Shown: piece by piece, positions 35,325 to 44,622 of the stretch
How positions within the stretch are numbered: the stretch's first letter is position 1
Layout of the letters: each line of letters opens with the position of its first letter
From: Hemiscyllium ocellatum
Lineage: Eukaryota
Direction of reading: 5' to 3'
Length of the DNA stretch: 44,622 nucleotides
Assembly: GCF_020745735.1 (NCBI RefSeq)
Contig: NC_083409.1
Location: 20,356,341-20,400,962, forward strand
Notes under the pieces: model-generated
The model's database searches: none
What the model was told of the DNA's origin: nothing
Seen by the model: the letters and a program-made list of their open reading frames with translations, nothing else
Position numbers and translations under genes: made by a program

Positions 35325-36212
35325 TAAATTGGAGGTGCAGTGGACAGTCAAGAAGGTTCATAATACAAAAAGATCTTGATCAGATGGGCTGACGAGTGGC
35401 AGATGTCGTTTAATTTACATAAATGTGAGGTGCTGCATTTTGTAAAGCCAAATCAGGTCAGGACTTCAATAGTAAACTCAATAGTAAAGTCCTGGTGAGT
35501 GTTGCTGAACAAAAAGACCTTGGAGGGCAGGTCCATAGTTCCTTGAAAGTGGAGTCACAGGTAGACAGGATAGTGAAGGCAGCGTTTGGTATGCTTATCT
35601 TTACTGGACAGAGCATTGAGCATAGGAGTTCAGAGGTCATGTTGTAGCTGTGCAGGACACTGACTTGACCTCTTTTAGAATACCTCGTGTGCAATTCTGG
35701 ACTCCCTGTTCTCCGAAGGATGTTGTGAATTTTGAAAGGATGATGCAAAGATTTACAAGGATGTTGCCAGGGTTTGGAGGGGTTTCTGCTATAGGAAGAG
35801 GAAGAATTGGTTTTGAACTTTTTCCCTGGAGCAAAGGAGGCTGAGAGGCGACTGTGTAAAGATTTCTAAACTCATGAGGGGTATGGATAGGGTAAATAGA
35901 CAAGTCTTTTCCCTGGTGTAAGCAACTCTAAAACGAGAGGGCAAAGGTGAGAGGGAAAACATTTAGAAGGAGCCGAACAGGTAACTTTTTCATGCAAAGG
36001 GTAGTGTGTTTATGGAATGAGCTGCCAGAGGAAGTGGAGGAGGCTGGCATAATCACGATATTTGAAAGGCATCTGGATGCGTATATGAATAGGAAATGTT
36101 TCAAAGGGAAATTGGCTAAATGCTGGTGAATGGGACTAGATTTTACCTCGGATAACTGGTCAGCATGGGCAAGTTGGATTGAAAGGTCATTTTTTGAGCT
36201 GTCCATCTCTGA
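35325..36212 (+). mobile_element. CR1 RT C-terminus and 3' UTR
   Basis: VQFWTPCSPKDVVNFERMMQRFTRMLPG and NFFMQRVVCLWNELPEEV. Confidence 0.88.
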
Positions 36213-36219
36213 CTCCAAG

Positions 36220-37210
36220 AGAATATTTAACAAATGGCCGTTGACATCCAATGGTGTTACCCTCACTGAATCCTCCACTATGAATATCATGGGGATTACC
36301 ATGAACCAGAAACTCAACTGGACTCGTCATATAAACACCGTGGGCTACAAGGGCAGGTCAGAGGCTTGGAATACTGTGATGTATAACTCACCTCCAGATT
36401 CCCCATTGCAAATCCACCGAGTACAAAGCACAAGCACAAGCACAAAGAACAGGCCCTTCAGCCCTCGACGTTGCGCCGACCTGAGAGCTATTCTCAGCTC
36501 GACCCCCTACACTATCCCAAAATTATCCATGTGCTTATCTTTACTCAGCGAGTCGTGAGTTCATGGAATGACCTGCCAGTAACAGTGGTGGACTCTCCCT
36601 CTTTATGGGCATTTAAACGGGCATTGGATATGTATATGGAGGATAGTGGGCTAGTGTAGGTTAGGTGGGCTTGGATCAGCGCAACATCGAGAGCCAAAGG
36701 GTCTGCACTGCGCTGTATTTTGCTATGTTCTATGTTCTAAGTCAGGAGTGTGATGGAATACGTTTCACTTGCCTGGACGAGTACTGCTCCAGTAACACAC
36801 AAAGCTCGACACCAGCCAGGACAAAGCAGCCCACTTGATTGGCACCACATCCGCAAGCAGCCAAGCCCTCCAGCACCCTTCACTCAGTAGGAGCAGTGTG
36901 TACAATCTACAAGATGCAATGCAGAAATCTTGAGATCTTTAGCCAGATCCTCACCAACACGACCATTTAGGTCTAGAAGGACAAGAGCAGCAGATACACA
37001 GGACTGTTCTTGCAAAAGCCCCTCCAAACCACTCACTGGTTCTTCAGGATTGCTGTATCATATTCCTGGAATTCCTTCCCAAAGGGCAATGTGGGTCTAC
37101 CTACAGCACATGGACTGCAGTGGTTACAAAAGAAAGCTCACCAGGTTCTCAAAAGGAACTAAGAACGATCAATAAATGCTGGCCAGCCAGCGATGCCCAG
37201 ACCCTGTGAG
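36220..37210 (+). mobile_element. CR1/L2-clade LINE 3' portion, interrupted at 36435-36738
   Basis: NQKLNWTRHINTV...YKAQ|VRSVMEY...LDT.QDKAA.LIG; the 3' end reads aataaatgctggccagcc. Confidence 0.75.
36435..36738. mobile_element. Head-to-head chimera of two CR1 3' ends
   Basis: 36435-36540 is a minus-strand CR1 3' end differing at about 5 of 95 nt from 37605-37700. 36541-36738 is a plus-strand 3' end of another CR1 subfamily with a ctatgtt tail. The host resumes at aagtcaggagtg. Confidence 0.75.
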
Positions 37211-37289
37211 TCATTTTAAAAATGTTCATTGAGGAGCTTAGAATTAAAATTGGGTTCCTTGCTGCTCAGTGAGAAAATATCTTTCTTGT

Positions 37290-37435
37290 TCATTCATGGA
37301 TTGGGAGCGTAACTGGCTGGCCAGCATTTATTGCCCCTTCCTAAATGTCCTTGAGAAGACGGTGCTGAGCTAGACCCACAATCTCATGAGGGAGGGACTT
37401 CCAAAAAGCAGTGACAGATTTCCAAGTCAGGATAG
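37290..37435 (-). mobile_element. CR1/L2-clade LINE 3' fragment, tail-to-tail with 36220-37210
   Basis: ggctggccagcatttattgcc is the reverse complement of the 3' end at ~37170-37195. Confidence 0.7.
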
Positions 37436-37580
37436 TGGCCATTGTTTACAAGATGAGTCACTCACTTACTCAATCTACATATTTTAGATCCAACCAGCAT
37501 CACACTTGCAACATTATTATTGACAAGTCAGACAAAAGGATTACTTGGAGTTATTACCTTCATTTCATTCTGTGGGTTCA

Positions 37581-40500
37581 CAGAACATAGAACAATACAG
37601 CACAGAACAGGCCCTTCAGCCCTCGACATTGCGCCGACCTGTGAGCTATTCTCAGCTCGTCCCCCTACACAATCCCAAAATCATCCATGTGCTTATCTAA
37701 GAATTGTTTAAATCTCCCACATGTGGCTGAGTTGACTACATTAGCAGGTAGGGCATTCCACACCCTTACCACTCTCTGTGTAAAGAACCTGCCTCTGACA
37801 TCTGTCTTAAATCTATGACCCTTCAATTTGTAGTTATGCCCCCTCGCACACGCTGATGTCATCACCCTAGGAAAAAGACTCTCACTGTCGACCCTATCTC
37901 TTCCTCTGATCATCTTGTATGTCTCGATGAAATCCCCTCTTAGCCTTCTTCTTGCCAATGAGAACAGGTTCAAGTCTCTCAATCTTTCCACATAAGACCT
38001 TCCCTCCAGACCAGGCAACATCCAGGTAAATCTCCCCTGCACCTTTTCCAATGCTTCCACATCCTTCGCAAAATATGGAATATTGTCAACAGTTCTGGTC
38101 TCCAAGTGTGGCCACACCAGCATTTTGTATATTTGCAGCATGATATTGCGGCTCTGAAACACAATCCCTCTACGAATGAAACTGAAAACATCGTATGCCT
38201 TCTTAACAGCACTATCCACCTGGATGGCAACTTTCAAGGATCAATGTACATGGATTCCAAAATGCCTCTGCAGATCCACAGTACCAAGAATCTTTCCATT
38301 GACCCAGTACTTTGCCTTCCTGTTATTCTTCCCAAAGTGAATCGCCTCACATTTAGCTGCATTGAACTCCAATTGCCACCACTCAGCCCAATTTTGCAGT
38401 TTATTCAAGACGCCCTGCAATCTGTTACATTCTTCCACACTGTCCACTACTCCGCCAAATTTACTGTCATCGGCAAATTTACTAATCTATCCCCCTAAGT
38501 CTGCGTCTAAGTCATTTATAAAACTGACAAACAGCAGTGGTCCTAAAACAGATCCTTGTGGCACACCACTAGTAACCGGACTCCAGGCTGAATATTTTCC
38601 ATCAACCACTCGCTGCCTTCTTTCAGAAAGCCAGTTTCTTATCCAAACTGCTAAATCACTCTAAATTCCATCTTCTGCATTTTCTCCAACAGCCTACCAT
38701 GTGGAACTTTATCAAAAGCTTTACTGAAGACAGTTGCAACTGCCCTATCTTCATCTCCATGCTTGGTCACCTTCTCAAAAACCTCACTGAGGTTTGTGAG
38801 ACACAACCTGCCCTTGACGAAACCACGTTGACGATCTGAAATCAAAGTGCTGCTTGCTAGATGATTAGAAACCTTATCTCTTATAATCTTTTCCTTAACC
38901 TTTCCTACAACAGAAGGAAGGCTCACTGGTCTATAATTACCTGGGTCATCTCTACTGCCCTTCTTGAACAAGGGCACAACATTTGCAGTCCTCCAGTACC
39001 AAACCTGGAGACAATGATGACTCACATATCAAAGCTAAAAGCTCTGCTATCTCTTCCCTAGCTTCCCAGATAATCTTCGGATAAATCCCATCCGGCCTAG
39101 GGGTCTTGTCTATTTTCACTTCTTCTAGAATGATAATACCTGTGCGTAACTAACCTCGATCCTTTCAAGTCTAATACAGTAGCGCCTCGACATACGAACT
39201 TAATCCGTTCCGCCACCCGGTTCACGAATCAATTTTTCCCATGTTCACAGTGCACGCTCCAAAGACGAAATGCACACGCGCCAAAGACGAACTGTGCATA
39301 CTCCAAAGACAAACTGCTCGTACCATCATTCGTAACTTGAATTTTGTGTGTATGTAGAAGCAAAACTTTATGTACAATACTGTTAGTAAACCAATTTTTT
39401 TGTGAATGCAGTCGTTCGTATGTTCTGCCGCTACTGTATCTCATACCTTATTCTTCTCCTCTCCAATATTCTCCTTTTCCTGTGTGAAAATTGATGAGAG
39501 ATGTTCATTTAGCACCTCTCCGATCTCCACAGGATTCACACAACTTCCCCCTTCTGTCTTTGACTGGCCCTATTCCCACGCTAATCATCCTTTGATTTCT
39601 CACATACCTATAGAAAGCTTTAGGATTCTCCTTTATTCAATTTGCTAAAGACTGCTCGTGTCCTCTCTTTGCTCTTCTTAACTCTCTCTTTGAATCATTC
39701 CTTGCTGATCTGTAACTCTCCATCGCCTCATCTGAACCATCTTGCCTCATCAACACATAAGCTTCCTTCTTCTTCGTAACAAGAGATGCAATTTCTGTCG
39801 TAAACCACGGTTACCTTACTTTATCCCTTCCTCCCTGCCTGACAGGGACATACCTATCAAGGACATGAAATATCTGTTCCTTAAACCAGCTCCACATTTC
39901 CATTGTCTGCATCCCCTGCATTTTGCTACCCCATTCTATGCATCCTAATTCCTGCCTAATCGCAATATAAATGCCCTTGCCCCATCGTTAACTCTTGACC
40001 TGTGGCATGTACCTATCCCTTTCCAACGCTAAACTAAACATAACTGAATTATGGTCACTCTCTCCAAAATGCACACCTACCACTAAATCAAACACCTGAC
40101 CTGTTTCATTACCAAGCACCAGATCCAATTTGGCCTCCCCTCTTGTCGGCCCTTCAACATACTGTGTCAGGAAAGCCTCCTGTACACATCGGACAAAAAC
40201 TGATCCATCCGACGTACTAGAATTATAGCATTTCCAGTCAACGTTGGGGAAGTTAAAGTTCCCCACAATGACCACCCTGTTCCTTTCACTCCTACCCAGA
40301 ATAATTTTGCTAGTCCTCTCTCCCACCTCCATGGAACTCTGCGGAGGCCTATAAAAATCTCCAAGCAGTGTGACCTCTCCTCTCCTGTTTCTAACCTCAG
40401 CCCACACGACCTCAGTAGACGAGTACTCATCAAAATTTCTCTCAGCCACCGTTATATTATACTTGACTAACAAGGTTACTCCTCCCCCTCTTTTACTGCC

Positions 40501-41990
40501 TTGCCTGTTCTTAGTGAAAGATCTAAACCCTGGAACCTGAAACATCCATTCCTCACCCTATTCTGTCCATGTCTCCAAAATGGCCACAACATCAAATTCC
40601 CAGGTACCTATCCATGCTGCAAGCTCACCTACCTTATTTTGGATACTTCTGGCGTTGAAATAGACACACTTCAAATCACTTCGCTGTCTGCCAGCACATT
40701 CTTGTGACCCCGAAATCCTGTCCCTGTCCTTCCTACTCTCCTCTTCCTGTGCACTGCAACTACACCTCCGGTTCCCATCCCCTGCTGAGCTAGTTTAAAC
40801 CCACCCGAATAGCATCAGGAAAATTTCCCACCCAGGATATTAGTACCCCTCTGGTTCAAGTGAAGACCGTCCTGTTTGTACAAGTCCCACCTTCCCCAGA
40901 ATGAGTCCCAATTATCCAAGTACCTGAAACCCTCCCTCCTGCACCATCCTTGCAGACACGTGTACAGCTGATATCTCTCCCTATTCCTTGCCTCGCTATC
41001 ACGTGGCCCGGGCAACAAACCCAGCGATAACAACTTTGTTCTCGCTCTCAGCTTCCACCCTAGCTCCCTGAAATCCTGCCTTATATCCCTATCCCTCTTT
41101 CTACCTATGTCGTTGGTACCTACACGGACAACGACTTGAGGCTGGTCACCCTCTCCCTTCAGGACCTCAAAGATACGATCCGAGACCTCACGGACCCTGT
41201 CACCTGGGAGGCAACACACCAACCGCAAGTCTCGTTCGTTCCCTACAAATCTTCTATCTGAGCCTCTAACTATCGAATCCCCAATGACTAACGCTCTCCT
41301 TCTTTCCCTCATATGCAACAGGGACAGCCTCTGTGCCAGAGAAGTGAGCCTCACTGCATATCCCTGGTAAGTCGTCCCCCTCAACAGTATCCAAAAGAGT
41401 ATACATGTTTTTCAGGTGAACAACCACAGCGGATCGCTCCACTGACTGTATTTCCCCCTTTGAACAGTCACCCAGCTTTCTTCGTGCCTAGGAGTAACTA
41501 CTTCCCTCGAACTCTTATCTATTACAGCAGCTCCCTCGTGAATGATCCGAAGTTCATCCATCTCCCGCTCCAGTTCCCGAACACTGTCTTGGCGGAGCGA
41601 GAGTTGGGTGCGCTACATGCAGATGTACTTGGATGGGACACTAATGGCGTCCCTCACCTCAAACATCATGCACGAGGAACATTGCTCTCCCTGCACTGCC
41701 ATCACTGCTAGTCCCCTTATCACAAAGTAAAAAAACGAAGTGATGCCTACTTGATATCTCCCTAGTTATTAATGTTAGAGGAGGTGGTTGGGTGGGAGGC
41801 CCTACAAAGGGAGGGTCTCGGCTTGAGAAAACACTGAATTATATAGCTGGATGGAAATAAAAATAAGAAGTCCCTCCTTTCCCAGAAACCTCTGCTCTCT
41901 GACTTCAAATTTAAAAGCTCAAATCAGTGACTCACTGCGCCCAGCAGGCCTCTGGTACAAGCTCTCATCCGTCGAGTTGCTGCTGCCGCT
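37581..41990 (-). mobile_element. Near full-length CR1 (HER1-like) LINE: 5' UTR, ORF1 (esterase), ORF2 (endonuclease + RT), tail; disrupted
   Basis: ORF1 41313-41711 and 40815-41384 (ALVIGDSIVRGSDRRF...VGTNDIG...DGLHLN). Endonuclease 39988-40545 (GVHFGESDHNSVMF). RT 38651-39025 (PGNYRPVSL) and 37665-38237. The (agaacat) tail lies at 37581. Confidence 0.95.
39177..39436. mobile_element. 260-bp Tc1/mariner (Tigger/pogo-like) MITE with TA TSD, nested in the CR1
   Basis: TA|CAGTAGCGCCTCGACATACGAAC ... GTTCGTATGTTCTGCCGCTACTG|TA. The CR1 sequence is continuous across the site (agtctaata|tctcata). Confidence 0.88.
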
Positions 41991-41994
41991 GAAA

Positions 41995-42150
41995 AACAGA
42001 AATGGAGGACTCCCATGCTCATGGTAAGTTCCTCGCTCATTTGAAGAAAGCAGGGTTAATTCAGCTTGGCTTCATCCATGGGGTTTAGCTTACACTGGGG
42101 TCTTCAGAAAACATCTCAGCAAAAATTTCTCTTGTCACATTAAATACAAG
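41995..42150 (-). pseudogene. CEP350: CEP350 pseudogene, near-terminal exon (truncated, three in-frame stops)
   Basis: Acceptor tttacttcttctAG ends at 42151. It translates LVFNVTREIFAEMFSEDPSVS*TPWMKPS*INPAFFK*ARN, matching recalled human CEP350 AVFDLTKEIFEEIFAEDPNLNQPVWMKPCRINSSYFRRVKN. Confidence 0.85.
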
Positions 42151-42290
42151 CTAGAAGAAGTAAAAGCGTAACAGGGAAAAGATTATATTAGATCTGCCCT
42201 CTCAGAGCTGCTGTAGAGCACGATTAACCCATACCTTTCTTGCTTAACTGAGAAAAATAATTGTGTTCAAACTCAAAAGCTGAATCTCAC

Positions 42291-42676
42291 CTCACAATAA
42301 ACTTCTACACTCATTCTCTACATCTTTCCATTTATTATTTTCAAGACAGTCTGAGAGTATTTGTAGACCTGCTGGATCATGGCCAAGTTCCTGCAACTTC
42401 CACAGATCCACAGCCGCTGCATGAACCATCTTCTCAACCTCTAAAGCATCAGGAGCTACAGCAAAGTCAGGTTCCCTTTGGATTTTCAGAGGCACATCCT
42501 TTTGAAGACTGGGCCTCCTGCACTGGCTGCTGCACTTTGCTACAGCTCAGCCCAAAGTCCTCATCAAACCAATCTTGGTCATCTACCAGGTCATCGAGTG
42601 CATCGTGACTCAATTTCAACTCTGCCAGGCATTTGGCCAAATCTTCCTGCCCACTTGTGCCAAACACCGGGCTGCC
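42291..42676 (-). pseudogene. CEP350: CEP350 pseudogene exon (386 nt, two frameshifts)
   Basis: Acceptor AG at 42678-42677 and donor GTGAGA at 42290. It translates GSPVFGTSGQEDLAKCLAELKLSHDALDDLVDDQDWFDEDFGLS.../...EVEKMVHAAAVDLWKLQELGHD, matching recalled human ESPVFGASGQEELAKRLAELEL...DDQDWFDEDFGLS...EVEILVHNAAEELWKWKELGHD. Confidence 0.9.
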
Positions 42677-43006
42677 CTGTTACAAATTACAGGCTGTTGG
42701 TCAATCTAGAATCTGAAGATCAGGAACAAAAACGATGAAATTCATTTCAAAACATTAATGACCAATACATAGCTTTAATAAACTGTGATCAAAGCATGAA
42801 ACAAACAAGAACCTTCTTTTTATCTCTCAGAGTATATGTCTGACGAGTTCAACACAGGCTGGAATTCATTTCCAATTTATTCTCAGCCATGTAATGAAAG
42901 TCATGGTTTCCATATGGAGTGAGAACCAGAACATCAAACAGTGTATTTTATATTAGAGTGAGTACTCAAACTCAATACAAAATTCATTTAATGGATCAGG
43001 ATAAAT

Positions 43007-43640
43007 AGAGTCAGAGATGTACAGCATGGAAACAGACCCTTCAGTCTGACACACCCATGCCGATAAGATATCCCAACCCAATCTAGTCCCACTTGTCAGC
43101 ACCCGGCCCATATCCCTCCAAACCCTTCCTATTTATCGCCCCATCCAGATGCCTTTTAAATGTTGCAATTGTACCAGCCTCCACCACTTCCTATGGCAGC
43201 TCATTCCATACACATACCACCCTCTGCGTGAAAAAGTTGCCCCTTAGGTCTCTTTTACATCCTAACCCTCTCACCCTAAACTTCTAGTTCTGAACTCCCC
43301 ACCCCCAGGGAAAACATCATTGTCTATTTATCCTATCCATACCCCTCATGATTTTTATAAGCCTCTGTAAGGTCACTCCCCATCCTCCAACACTCCAGGA
43401 AAAACAGCCCAGGCCAATTCAACATCTCCCTATAGCTGAAAACCTCCAACCCTGGCAACATCCTTGTCGATCTTTTCAGAACCCTTTCAAGTTTCACAAT
43501 CTCTTTCCGAAAGGAAGGAGACCAGAATTACATGTAACATTCCAACAGTGCCCTAACCAATGCCACGTACAGCCACAACAGACCTCCCAACTCCAGGACT
43601 CAATACTCTGACAAATGAAGGAAAACATACGAAACGCCTT
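43007..43640 (-). mobile_element. CR1 3' fragment
   Basis: The tail tagagtcagagatgtacagcatggaaacagaccc is followed by reverse-complement RT C-terminus. Confidence 0.85.
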
Positions 43641-44622
43641 TGTTTTATACTCCGTTTTAAATTTAAAAAATTTTGGTCCTAATCAAGGGTGGCAAAAGAA
43701 TCATCTTTAAAGTTGCAAGTATCACAAGTCATCTTACTGAGCTTTAAAAATAAACTATGTCACACTTATCCATTAGTTGTAATCAGTATTTCATTCGGCT
43801 CACAAAGGGAGAGATCCCACCGCTGATATCATGGAGTGTGGAGGATGAGAAGAATACAGCTTTTGAACAGTTTAGGGTCAGATACATCATGATGAAACCA
43901 GCAAATATCCTTCAAACTGTTCAACTGCAAGAAATATGGCGAGTTACGATTAACCACATTTTTGGAAATTGATACAGGCTGTTCAAATTTTCCTGGTTCC
44001 ACGTAGAGTATGGAGGAATCTCTTCATCTACCAATGTCATGTATTTAGGGGAATGAATGATTTCAGGCTGAATGTTCTGAGCTTCAAACTTTCCAACTTC
44101 AGGTCACTTTCAGTCGACTGCTGCACCCCTTTTTATTCCTGCACTTTATGGGGTAAACGCAAATATTGGACAAATCAGAAAAACATATGTCGGTTTAGTC
44201 AGGATGTTGCTGTGTCTAAATCACCAACCCAGCTCCTATTTCAGTGATTTCCTACATTGAATGCTCAGAAAAGAATGGACAGTATGAGAACTTGTCAAGC
44301 ACTTTCATGAAAACAGCTATTATCCAATCAATGTTAATATGTGCAAACCATAAACCCTTCTGTTCTTCTCATAAGATGGTCATTCAGGCTGGGACTTTGC
44401 TTCAGAACACTACTATGGATAAACTGTGTGTACACTGAATTCGTCAGAAATTGAAAAGCATGATTCAAAATTTAGGTTAAAAAAACCCTCTTTAAAAACA
44501 CTGCCTCCCTTTGAGGAAAGGACAGAAAAAGTGCAAGAGGTTTGAATTTCATTAATCTTTCAGTTCTAAACTCAGTAATTACACTGTAGAAATGGTCACT
44601 AAATCCTTGAGAAATAATCGGG

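Overview
This is vertebrate genomic DNA, almost certainly from a cartilaginous fish. The HE1-type SINE, HER1/CR1 LINEs and these Penelope termini suggest a carpet or bamboo shark (inference). By eye, roughly three quarters of the window is decayed transposable elements: CR1, L2, Tx1-like, Gypsy, Penelope, SINEs and one Tc1/mariner MITE. Three host-gene features are recognisable, all on the minus strand. (1) An Ig light-chain (kappa/NS4-like) constant exon at 60-430 that seems to have lost its normal stop codon; no V, J or RSS is recognisable in the 44 kb upstream of it. (2) An intact two-exon GPR139-like class A GPCR gene (331 aa) at 18717-20088. (3) Two exons of an unprocessed CEP350 pseudogene at about 41995-42676. 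The most notable non-coding observations are: a 1.07 kb G-rich, AGCT-dense 23-bp repeat that resembles an Ig switch region, on the Ig sense strand; four Penelope-borne hammerhead ribozyme motifs, one inside a young perfect 85-bp hairpin element with a 13-bp TSD; a ~440-bp inverted duplication; and several nested or chimeric TE structures. Repeat boundaries are approximate, and all identifications come from reading and recall rather than database searches.
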